A DNA stretch of 64,000 bases from an uncultured virus (IMG/VR IMGVR_UViG_3300030107_002792). Lineage: Duplodnaviria > Heunggongvirae > Uroviricota > Caudoviricetes > Kyanoviridae. This document shows, in pieces, positions 56,588-64,000 of the stretch. Every line of letters begins with the position of its first letter. Positions within the stretch are counted from its first letter, which is position 1. Where the stretch lies: the IMG/VR virus record IMGVR_UViG_3300030107_002792; one strand, 5' to 3'. The position numbers were made by a program, and so were the translations under genes. The notes beneath the pieces are model-generated. The model searched no databases, was not told where the DNA came from, and worked only from the letters and a program-made list of their open reading frames with translations.

Positions 56588-56896
56588 ATGACTACTATGA
56601 CTAAATCTTTATTTTCACAATCTATCAATCTATGTGATGATTATCTCGGATTTGAGTGGACTCAATCCACTCGTACTTCTATGTTTGATGTATATCGTAG
56701 AGAGAACGATTTAGACGGTTCTCTTGCTATCTACCACTATGGTAATGATGTCTTCAAAGTAAGAACAATGTCTTACACTTATGACGGTTGCACTAAAGGT
56801 GACCAGATTGATTTAGGCACTTTCGATAACATTTTAGATGCACAAGATTGTGCAGAAGATTATCTTAAAGATCTTCTAATGTCTCAAGGTGTTTAA
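56588..56896 (+). CDS. Early hypothetical protein
   Basis: First ORF after the repeat promoter. Confidence 0.7.
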   Translation: MTTMTKSLFSQSINLCDDYLGFEWTQSTRTSMFDVYRRENDLDGSLAIYHYGNDVFKVRTMSYTYDGCTKGDQIDLGTFDNILDAQDCAEDYLKDLLMSQGV

Positions 56897-56929
56897 CACC
56901 TTCCCAGTAAACTTTCATTTCTTTTTATT

Positions 56930-57178
56930 ATGCAATTAACTTCAATCGGTGGATCTATGGTAATAGATTACTACCCAACAAAATCAATCTTCACTAATAA
57001 GATTATTGATGAAGTCTTCCTTAAGGTAGTAACATTTAAGGGTAAGACTATGAAAAAAAGTGTTATCGAAGGTCAGGCATATACTGACGAGTTAGTATCA
57101 TATAAGGATCACGATTATGCGATCACAATTAACACTAAACGTCCCGCACAGTTTATATCAGATAGACGATATGCGTGA
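56930..57178 (+). CDS. Early hypothetical protein
   Basis: MQLTS..GSMVIDYYP. Confidence 0.65.
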   Translation: MQLTSIGGSMVIDYYPTKSIFTNKIIDEVFLKVVTFKGKTMKKSVIEGQAYTDELVSYKDHDYAITINTKRPAQFISDRRYA

Positions 57179-57257
57179 CAGTGTACAAAGTGTCCACATT
57201 TTCCCCTAAACTATCATTTTAACCCTTATAATAAAGTATACCAAACAAATCAGACTT

Positions 57258-57539
57258 ATGACCAAAACTTCAAAGATAATGCAGAGAATTCTGCAAGTTG
57301 AGAATTTCCAGAATGTCGCATGTGTATGTGCTAACTGGCAAGAATTCGTTCAAGAATTAAGCGAGTGGGGTGTATATGGGTGTGCTAAAATAGATTTTGA
57401 TGATGAAGATCTTGACGTTTCATTATTAGATAGATTCATCAAATCTGAAAATGGATATGAAAGAACTGGTGACGATTGGAACCTTATCTATGACAATGGT
57501 AAAACACTTGTTAATAACTATGGAGGTATCTTCGCATGA
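57258..57539 (+). CDS. Early hypothetical protein
   Basis: First ORF after an early-promoter motif. Confidence 0.65.
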   Translation: MTKTSKIMQRILQVENFQNVACVCANWQEFVQELSEWGVYGCAKIDFDDEDLDVSLLDRFIKSENGYERTGDDWNLIYDNGKTLVNNYGGIFA

Positions 57540-57784
57540 ATAGTTTACAAGAATTCGTTGACTATGTTTGGTCATTCTATGGTGAACATAGTGACACAAT
57601 CTACCCGATTAAAGGTTTATCTAAGCAAGATATATTTGATGCCTTTTATGTATATAAACACCGATTATTAAAGGCATCAAATACACCTAACAACAATTTT
57701 ACTTGGGGTTACGGTGATAGTTTAGACAGAGAAAGAGTAAGAGATATTATACTAGAATTACCACAATTTACATGGAGTCATTAA
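57536..57784 (+). CDS. Early hypothetical protein
   Basis: FVDYVWSFYG...GDSLDRERVRD. Confidence 0.7.
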   Translation: MNSLQEFVDYVWSFYGEHSDTIYPIKGLSKQDIFDAFYVYKHRLLKASNTPNNNFTWGYGDSLDRERVRDIILELPQFTWSH

Positions 57785-57786
57785 CA

Positions 57787-57969
57787 ATGAGCACACTACA
57801 TCACGAGACAATTCTTGAAACTTTACATGATGAAGTTTGGGAAGAGTTTAGAATACATAACAAACTAACTGATGACCAATTAAATGAACTTTGTTGGGCA
57901 AATGAGTCAGGCACGTTATTAGCAATCGAAAAAGAAGTTGAAAAGCGTTTTGAGGATTTATGCCAATGA
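57787..57969 (+). CDS. Early hypothetical protein
   Basis: MSTLHHETILET...RFEDLCQ. Confidence 0.65.
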   Translation: MSTLHHETILETLHDEVWEEFRIHNKLTDDQLNELCWANESGTLLAIEKEVEKRFEDLCQ

Positions 57970-58126
57970 TTAACACAAAAGAAACAAAGTACGACCTCTA
58001 CGATATATTCACACCAGATGAATTGCAACAGGTTACTGACATTTTTCTTGAAGCATATTGCAGGAAAAGTGGTATTGAACCAGAGGTATTTGAAATTGAA
58101 ACTAACATTATTGTGGAGGATTAACC

Positions 58127-58354
58127 ATGTATAAAAGTGAACAATTCGGGCGAATCTTCTGGATAGATGATAACAATGATTTCAAATCATGCCCACTAAA
58201 TGTAGATGGAACTGGTGATTTTACATGCGAAGATTATGTATGTGAATGGACAGAATGGGAGGGAGTTAATTATGAAATTCTCTTTAATATCCATCAGTCA
58301 TGTGTACTTAACAAGAACAATTACTCAGGTTCATTAACAATTAATGGAGTATAA
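58127..58354 (+). CDS. Early hypothetical protein
   Basis: GGAGG SD; SCPLNVDGTGDF. Confidence 0.7.
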   Translation: MYKSEQFGRIFWIDDNNDFKSCPLNVDGTGDFTCEDYVCEWTEWEGVNYEILFNIHQSCVLNKNNYSGSLTINGV

Positions 58355-58514
58355 CTATCTACCACGATATAACATAGATAGAGAAGATTCTGCTCTATTT
58401 GTGGATCGCCGCCGATATTTTTTACACTATGTCACTACATCCCCATCTAATTGTCTGGAACTTAATGACAACGGCATACGACAGTTTACGTTATGAAGAG
58501 TTAAACAAACCTAC

Positions 58515-58668
58515 TATGACTTACCTCGATTTGTTAAAACAATTACATGAACTTCCAAAAGAAAAGTTACAACAAACCGTCACAATCTACGACAAAGATT
58601 GTGAAGAATTCATCCCCACAGATAGCACACTATATGTCAAGAATGACAGGGCATATTTACAAATCTAA
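58515..58668 (+). CDS. Early hypothetical protein (start uncertain)
   Basis: MTYLDLLKQL...QTVTIYD...EEF. Confidence 0.5.
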
Positions 58669-58689
58669 TTATTACTCAGGGGTGATAAT

Positions 58690-58947
58690 ATGAGCAAGAA
58701 ATATGATTTTAAACGAGGTGAACTTATCACTGTTAATGGTGAACAAGGGAGGATAAATTGCATTAATAAAGAATATTTTACCCTAACGATTAGAGAGTGG
58801 AAAGATGAAAACAAGTTAGGAGGATTAGGGCAAGTTAATTTATTAGTTTATCGTTCATATTGGGATGATATTGTTTATCACGAACGAGAGAATGTAGAGG
58901 GCAATTCTTATCACTCACAGCAATACAGATATGAGGATGTACAATGA
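58690..58947 (+). CDS. Early hypothetical protein
   Basis: ORF track; AGGGG SD. Confidence 0.65.
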   Translation: MSKKYDFKRGELITVNGEQGRINCINKEYFTLTIREWKDENKLGGLGQVNLLVYRSYWDDIVYHERENVEGNSYHSQQYRYEDVQ

Positions 58948-59084
58948 AACAATTACCAGACGATTACAACTATAAAAATGTTACTCACGGAGAACAGATT
59001 AACTACGTCTGGATAACATTAAAGGAACTCGTAATTATGCAATGGGAGTATATACGAAAAGAAGGATTATGGAGGAGTTATTAA
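58944..59084 (+). CDS. Small hypothetical protein (46 aa)
   Basis: GAGG SD, ATGA overlap; MKQLPDDYNY... Confidence 0.5.
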   Translation: MKQLPDDYNYKNVTHGEQINYVWITLKELVIMQWEYIRKEGLWRSY

Positions 59085-59090
59085 CAACTA

Positions 59091-59180
59091 TGTGGAAAAC
59101 TTACGTTAATTTGTGGAAACAATTAAATGGTAATATAAATCTAGTAGTGTTTACTTTAGTGTGGAAAAACCTGTGGAGAA
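59091..59180. promoter_or_regulatory. Cluster of DnaA-box-like 9-mers
   Basis: TGTGGAAAA 59091 and 59160; TGTGGAAAC 59112; TGTGGAGAA 59172. Confidence 0.5.
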
Positions 59181-59409
59181 AGTGTTGCCTTAGCACGCAG
59201 ATTACCGACTTGTCAATAACATTTAATAAACTGCAATATTCTGGGAGTTACTAACACAAACTGCCGAGAAGTATTGCCACAGTTAGTATAAAGAAATAGG
59301 CAGGGGTCTCTCAGGGGGGTTATGTGACAGTGGGGAAAGTGTCCACTAGTTACTGACAACAACCTCAAAATACTGTATTATAATAGTATAAACAAACAAA
59401 GGTTAATTT

Positions 59410-59727
59410 ATGAGAGTTATTGAAAAGAACATGTGCAGAGCGATTTCTAACAAGAAACCCTTCTCATCTTCCAACACTTCAGTAACATTTTCCGCAGACA
59501 ATTCTCAAGCATTTGTTTATCTTCACGGCAACCACATTGCAACGGTAAGTGATAACAATCTCCAGATATTTGATGGGGGTTGGCAATCAAATACCACGAA
59601 AAGTAGGTTGAACTCGTTATTAGAAACCTTCACAGGATTAGGAAGAGGTTTGTATCAACGAAACTGGGAATGGTTCGTACAAAGTAACAACAACCCCTTC
59701 TATTCTGGAATGATTCTTAATACTTGA
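59410..59727 (+). CDS. Conserved early phage protein
   Basis: VYLHGNHIA...DGGWQSNTTKSRLN...YQRNWEWF. Confidence 0.8.
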   Translation: MRVIEKNMCRAISNKKPFSSSNTSVTFSADNSQAFVYLHGNHIATVSDNNLQIFDGGWQSNTTKSRLNSLLETFTGLGRGLYQRNWEWFVQSNNNPFYSGMILNT

Positions 59728-59778
59728 CAAGATAAACAGTTAGTGTTATAATAGAGGGGTAAATAACCCCTCTTTTTT
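59724..59778 (+). promoter_or_regulatory. Consensus sigma70 promoter immediately followed by a terminator hairpin
   Basis: TTGACA 59724-59729, 17 nt, TGnTATAAT 59744-59752; AGAGGGGT/ACCCCTCT plus T run. Confidence 0.75.
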
Positions 59779-59977
59779 AATGTAAACTAACAAATAGTCA
59801 CCCACTATATGTAAAGAAAGCAGGTCAAATCGCAGTCCTGGTGGGGGTTTTCGCCTTTCTTGGCGGCCCTTAATATAAAACCGATAGAGACCCTAACCTA
59901 CAAAGGTTCCCCAGAGAGAGATATATTATGAACTATTCATGTCTTCTCTATATAAAAAAATCCCCCAGTAAAAAAAG

Positions 59978-60190
59978 ATGTCCTTAGAGTTTTCACAAAC
60001 ATTCCAAGATGATCGCACTAGATGCCTTGAGCATCTTGTACGTAAGGAAGGTTGTTTAGATACGAGAATGTATGAATGTTCCCAACAAGCCGTTGAAAGT
60101 GGTGTATGTAAAGATGTTGAGGCACTATATACCTTGTGGGATGAATGGAAAGTAAAATTCCCTACCCCACAAGTAGTAAATCGCCTTTGA
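59978..60190 (+). CDS. Hypothetical protein
   Basis: ORF track. Confidence 0.6.
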   Translation: MSLEFSQTFQDDRTRCLEHLVRKEGCLDTRMYECSQQAVESGVCKDVEALYTLWDEWKVKFPTPQVVNRL

Positions 60191-60195
60191 ATATA

Positions 60196-60366
60196 ATGAG
60201 TAAAAGATTCACAACACAGTTGGATGAAGACGATTACGGCGATCTTGTTCTTACGATTCCATACGATATTTGTGAAGAGTTAGGTTGGAATACAGAAACA
60301 CCTCTACAATATGATGTCAATGAACAGGGGTTCCATCTTAAGAAACAAGAAGAAGAGAAGCAGTAA
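60196..60366 (+). CDS. AbrB/MazE/SpoVT-like DNA-binding protein
   Basis: GDLVLTIPYDICEELGWNTETPLQY. Confidence 0.7.
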   Translation: MSKRFTTQLDEDDYGDLVLTIPYDICEELGWNTETPLQYDVNEQGFHLKKQEEEKQ

Positions 60367-60368
60367 TC

Positions 60369-60551
60369 ATGATCTATGTACTATACAATGATCAACATGA
60401 ACAGCAAGGAGAGTTTTCCACAGTCGAAACATTAGAGACTTATATGGATAACATTCGTGAACATCGTGATGAACGTTGGCCTAAGACACCAAGGATGACT
60501 TGTTTTGATTATATTAAGTCAATTGGTTGGTCATTTGATATCAAAGTATAA
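60369..60551 (+). CDS. Hypothetical protein
   Basis: ORF track; TAATG coupling. Confidence 0.6.
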   Translation: MIYVLYNDQHEQQGEFSTVETLETYMDNIREHRDERWPKTPRMTCFDYIKSIGWSFDIKV

Positions 60552-61147
60552 TGAATATCTTCCCTAGTATTATTCATCGTATCGATATTCCTGATTACGG
60601 TGATATAAAAGGCAGCCTTATAGGTCAATGTTTGAAGGAGCGTGCCTTGGATCCACAAGGAATAAAGAAATCAAATTGTGGCGGGTGGCATTCGAGGACT
60701 GATATACATCAAGACGATAATAATATAATAAAAGATACTATATTTGACCATGTTGCATGGTATTTCTCTAGTAATAAGATTCTTAAGGAAGATACTAGAC
60801 TAGAATTTACTGCTATGTGGACTATGATTAATGGAAAGAATAGTTATAATGAGTACCATATGCATTCTGGATCTGATATAGCAGGTGTGTTTTGGATTAA
60901 AGCACCTGAAGGTTCTGGAAATCTATATTTTACTTCTCCACAGGCATATGCTTACTTTGCTGAAGAGAGACATTATAGTGAAGAGTATAAAGAAAAGAAT
61001 AATTTTTATTCAGGTTATTGGTTTCCTCCTACTGAAGGACGTATTATAATGTTCCCATCAGCCCTTTATCATTCAGTTAAACCAAATACACAAGATTTAG
61101 ATCGTATATCAGTATCCTTTAATATTACATTATCAACTGATACATAA
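60551..61147 (+). CDS. 2OG-Fe(II) oxygenase (TIGR02466-like)
   Basis: KSNCGGWHS; HMH...AGVFW; FPSALYHSV; RISVSFN. Confidence 0.9.
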   Translation: MNIFPSIIHRIDIPDYGDIKGSLIGQCLKERALDPQGIKKSNCGGWHSRTDIHQDDNNIIKDTIFDHVAWYFSSNKILKEDTRLEFTAMWTMINGKNSYNEYHMHSGSDIAGVFWIKAPEGSGNLYFTSPQAYAYFAEERHYSEEYKEKNNFYSGYWFPPTEGRIIMFPSALYHSVKPNTQDLDRISVSFNITLSTDT

Positions 61148-61170
61148 TATAGTATCTTGCAATACAACTT

Positions 61171-61467
61171 ATGGCAACCTTTAATGTTACGCTGATTGAT
61201 AAGGAAGGTGAATCTACTACGTTCGAGTGTGCAGAAGACGAATATATACTAGACAAGGCAGATGATGCAGGTGTTGATGCTCCTTACTCATGTCGTGCTG
61301 GTGCATGTTCTACATGTGCAGGTAAGGTATTAGAGGGTACTGTTAATCAAGAGGAACAATCTTTCCTCGATGATGATCAAGTAGAAGAAGGATTTGTATT
61401 AACATGTGTTGCATATCCAACTTCTGATGTTATAATACGTTTAGGCGAGGAGGAAAACATTTACTAA
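61171..61467 (+). CDS. petF: Plant-type 2Fe-2S ferredoxin
   Basis: [14 protein letters not shown]...QSFLDDDQ...LTCVAYP. Confidence 0.97.
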   Translation: MATFNVTLIDKEGESTTFECAEDEYILDKADDAGVDAPYSCRAGACSTCAGKVLEGTVNQEEQSFLDDDQVEEGFVLTCVAYPTSDVIIRLGEEENIY

Positions 61468-61694
61468 TGGCAATCCACATGAGAGAACAGTTACTTAGAG
61501 CAGTTTTAGCACATGCTCAAGGTGAAATTGAAAAACATAAGGTAAACGTCAATGTTTACTTAGAAAATCCTGCTGGTATTGGAGAACATTCCGATATTAC
61601 AGAGGCAATACAGACAGAATTAGACAAAATTGCTCGTTATCATGACCAGATAGAGGTAATTAACAAGTATTTTAGGTCACCTTCGAGTAATTGA
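61467..61694 (+). CDS. Conserved phage hypothetical protein
   Basis: YLENPAGIGEHSDI motif. Confidence 0.75.
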   Translation: MAIHMREQLLRAVLAHAQGEIEKHKVNVNVYLENPAGIGEHSDITEAIQTELDKIARYHDQIEVINKYFRSPSSN

Positions 61695-61819
61695 AGTTCC
61701 CATTCTGCAAATCCTACTGTCTGGTCATAGGAGGTAAAGTGAAACGCTGGTTCCCTCCTATCGATCTGGCAACTACTCAGGATAAAATTGACAATTTAAC
61801 ACGAAGAGGTTATTGGTAA
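61691..61819 (+). CDS. Possible small protein (42 aa, TTG start)
   Basis: MKFPFCKSYCLVIGG...RRGYW; coupled to both neighbours. Confidence 0.45.
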   Translation: MKFPFCKSYCLVIGGKVKRWFPPIDLATTQDKIDNLTRRGYW

Positions 61820-61965
61820 TGGATAAAGGTGAGATTATAAGTGAGTTACTTACACTTACTGCACTATTAGGTGGTACTATGCAGAGAAGAGAGGTATTCG
61901 ATTCCACTGGTAGAACATCTAAGAAAATTATTATTGAGTATGATGTCGAACAAACAAAACGTTGA
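61819..61965 (+). CDS. Small hypothetical protein (48 aa)
   Basis: GAGG SD; ...LLGG...DSTGRTSKKIIIEYD. Confidence 0.6.
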   Translation: MDKGEIISELLTLTALLGGTMQRREVFDSTGRTSKKIIIEYDVEQTKR

Positions 61966-62182
61966 TCCTTGGCAAGATAATCAAGAAGCACATGATGCAA
62001 TTAACATGTGTCTTGAAGCAATCGCTGGTAGGTTAGTAGAGATAGAAAAAAGGATCCAAGAGATGCCTACACCAGATAAAACCTACTATAAACCATCAGA
62101 TGAGGACAAAGATCTCGATTTATTCCAAAATTTCACTAAAATTTACGAAAAACTAGACAAAATTGAGAAAAAAGTGCTATAA
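61940..62182 (+). CDS. Hypothetical coiled-coil protein
   Basis: Likely start MMSNKQ. Confidence 0.6.
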   Translation: MMSNKQNVDPWQDNQEAHDAINMCLEAIAGRLVEIEKRIQEMPTPDKTYYKPSDEDKDLDLFQNFTKIYEKLDKIEKKVL

Positions 62183-62234
62183 TAAGCATATATGTGGCGA
62201 GCGATCCACAAATTAACGTAATTTAAGGTATTTT

Positions 62235-62381
62235 ATGGCAAAATCCGTTGCTTGGGGCTCAGATAAGAACTATATTGAGCCTATACCCAAGAAAACCCGT
62301 CAAGGACGTTCTGCAAGAACAAAACTTGCAGCGACTTCACGAAACCATGCACAAAAGAAGTATAGAGGACAAGGAAAATGA
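62235..62381 (+). CDS. Small basic protein with YRGQG C-terminus (48 aa)
   Basis: PKKTRQG...TSRN...KKYRGQGK; a similar protein is recalled upstream of gp25 in marine T4-like phages. Confidence 0.7.
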   Translation: MAKSVAWGSDKNYIEPIPKKTRQGRSARTKLAATSRNHAQKKYRGQGK

Positions 62382-62581
62382 TTCATTTTGCAGCAGCATC
62401 ACTAGATCTTAACGAGGCATGGAACCTCTCTTGGGGAGAAGGTATCCAATTCATACTAGTACTTGCTTTTGTCTATTGGTTGAAGGTAAAAATTGATACA
62501 CGAGCTGGTCTCGGAAAGAAGAAGCTAAGACAATTAAAAGGTGTTATAATAGAGGCAATTAAAGAAGCCAACAATGAGTGA
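62378..62581 (+). CDS. Small membrane protein
   Basis: One TM segment. Confidence 0.65.
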   Translation: MIHFAAASLDLNEAWNLSWGEGIQFILVLAFVYWLKVKIDTRAGLGKKKLRQLKGVIIEAIKEANNE

Positions 62582-62723
62582 AGAATTTAATCGAATTGCT
62601 AATGCACTTGAAAGAATTGCTAATTCTTTAGAACATTTGCATATTGAACAGATCGATCATGCTCACATAGATGACATCGGTGAGATACATGGTGATGTTA
62701 TTACTCATCCTAAGCAATTTTGA
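62574..62723 (+). CDS. Small His-rich protein (49 aa)
   Basis: MSEEFNRIANALERIANSLEHLHIEQIDHAHIDDIGEIHGDVITHPKQF. Confidence 0.65.
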   Translation: MSEEFNRIANALERIANSLEHLHIEQIDHAHIDDIGEIHGDVITHPKQF

Positions 62724-63346
62724 GACCAAATAAGACCGATTTTAACCTTTTTCCCACTCCAGTAACCCATTGGAGGGGATTATTAAAGACTATAGAGGTT
62801 CAACCTATAGTCGATTTTTGTAAGGACTACCAATCAGGTCAACATAATATGTTAGAAGGGGACGCAGTATGCTCTAGTGGCAGTACACGTCCTCTTTCTC
62901 ATACAGACAGTATTTTAAATGAGATAGATAAAACCCTTGGTCTAGACCTTTCTGAGGCATTAGAGGACGTTTTAAACAGGTATGCGAAGCAATACGGCAT
63001 ACAACCAGTAACTTTGACTAATAGTTGGTTTAACCTCCAATCTGAAGGGAGTGTCTTAAGACAACATAATCACCCCTTTAGTGTAATATCTGCTGCATTA
63101 TTTGTTAATGCACCTAAGAATTGTAGTAAATTATATTTTGAAAATCCAAATCCTCATATAGAGTTTAATTATAGGTTGGATGAGAAGGGAAGAGATGAAA
63201 GTTTATATGAATATTGGCATTTTGAACCAGAATCAGGAGATTTAGTGATATTTCCATCATGGTTAAAGCATGGATCAATGTATGAAAAGAATAATAGTAC
63301 TGATCGACTAGTCATAAGCGTGAACGCAGTTAGGAAAACCGACTAA
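62720..63346 (+). CDS. 2OG-Fe(II) oxygenase (TIGR02466-like)
   Basis: SWFN; HNH...ISAA; IFPSWLKHGS; RLVISVN. Confidence 0.88.
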   Translation: MRPNKTDFNLFPTPVTHWRGLLKTIEVQPIVDFCKDYQSGQHNMLEGDAVCSSGSTRPLSHTDSILNEIDKTLGLDLSEALEDVLNRYAKQYGIQPVTLTNSWFNLQSEGSVLRQHNHPFSVISAALFVNAPKNCSKLYFENPNPHIEFNYRLDEKGRDESLYEYWHFEPESGDLVIFPSWLKHGSMYEKNNSTDRLVISVNAVRKTD

Positions 63347-63371
63347 ATAGTAAGATAGTTATAATGTAGTT

Positions 63372-63656
63372 GTGATGTATAAGGCACTGCCCGATGGATT
63401 ATTCATCAATGAAAGTTCTATTGCTGGTCAAGGTATCTTTACCCGTGTAGCAATAGATGTTGGCACTGAACTTGGTATGTCTCATCTTATTATTGATAAT
63501 GAGATTATTAGGACACCGTTAGGAGGGTTTATTAACCATTCTGACCATCCAAATTGTGAAAAATATCTGATAGATAATCGATATTATGTGCGAGTGATTA
63601 GACCAGTTGTTCCAATGGAAGAATTGTTTCTTAAGTACACATTTTATACTGTTTAA
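63372..63656 (+). CDS. Minimal SET-domain protein
   Basis: SSIAGQGIF; GFINHSDHPNC; EELFLKY. Confidence 0.85.
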   Translation: MMYKALPDGLFINESSIAGQGIFTRVAIDVGTELGMSHLIIDNEIIRTPLGGFINHSDHPNCEKYLIDNRYYVRVIRPVVPMEELFLKYTFYTV

Positions 63657-64000
63657 TGGCATTAAAAGAAGTTTCTGGTAAGAAAGTAAACTTATCCCGT
63701 GCATTTAAAGATATTGCATTTGGGTTAAAACGTAATAGTATTACGAAGGATAGTGGTGTCGTTAAGAATGAGAATGCTATTAAACAAGCAATAAGGTGTT
63801 TAGTTCTTACACAAAAGGGAGAAAGATTGTTTCAACCCGATATTGGGTGTGCAGTATTTGAACTCTTGTTTGAACCCTTAGATCTTATGACTGCTGATGC
63901 AGTTAGAGATGAGATAATAAATACTCTTAATCAGTATGAGCCTAGAATTAGTCTAATCGATGTTACTGTTAACGTATCAGAAGTCTATAGTAGATTTGAT
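63656..64000 (+). CDS. gp25: Baseplate wedge subunit gp25 (partial, runs off the window)
   Basis: FKDI...KNENAIKQAIRCLVLTQKGERLFQPDIGC...YEPRI. Confidence 0.93.
   Translation, partial: MALKEVSGKKVNLSRAFKDIAFGLKRNSITKDSGVVKNENAIKQAIRCLVLTQKGERLFQPDIGCAVFELLFEPLDLMTADAVRDEIINTLNQYEPRISLIDVTVNVSEVYSRFD

Noticed and set aside
56376..56591. 71 aa ORF from the track
   Set aside because: It runs through the promoter repeat; the alternative frame 56342..56503 fits the promoter and cassette better
59042..59254. 70 aa ORF with repeated (M/L/V)WK
   Set aside because: The repeats are the translation of the TGTGGAAA boxes, and it overlaps a better-supported ORF at 58944..59084
53391..59346. Spaced recurring motifs as a possible CRISPR array or attC-type cassette sites
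   Set aside because: Copies are degenerate, spacing ranges from 240 bp to 2 kb, genes lie between them, each precedes a -10 box, and no cas or integrase gene is present
61717..61761. Hairpin ATAGGAGG/CCTCCTAT as a possible ncRNA or SECIS element
   Set aside because: It lies within a plausible coupled small ORF with no in-frame TGA; a single 8 bp stem is not enough evidence

Overview
This window is part of a T4-like cyanomyovirus genome; the AT-rich sequence and auxiliary gene set suggest a Prochlorococcus host, though Synechococcus is possible. Nearly all genes are on the + strand. In order: the 3' end of psbA; a replication/metabolism block (glutaredoxin, thyX, heme oxygenase ho1, phoH, exonuclease, gp33, gp59, gp32); baseplate/tail genes (gp53 and gp48 on the - strand, gp4, gp54, gp26, gp51, two tape-measure-like proteins, hub, gp5) with cp12 and cpeT inserted; a tail-fibre/adhesin cluster; a tandem array of 2OG-Fe(II) oxygenases containing a QueG-like Fe-S protein; an early region with a nuclease-methyltransferase pair, a second methyltransferase, a helicase and many small ORFs behind a repeated palindromic promoter motif; then petF, a SET-domain gene and the start of gp25. 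No tRNA, rRNA or CRISPR array was seen. The strongest leads are: (1) a ~370 nt multi-domain structured RNA at 51369-51740 with its own promoter; (2) a probable programmed -1 frameshift fusing gp26 to gp51 just upstream of the tape-measure genes, like a tail-assembly chaperone; (3) a cluster of cyanobacterial-type DnaA boxes next to a promoter-terminator unit, a candidate origin; (4) the oxygenase/QueG-like array next to the fibre genes; (5) a phage-borne restriction-modification-like pair. All protein calls come from motif recognition by eye; no database searches were run.
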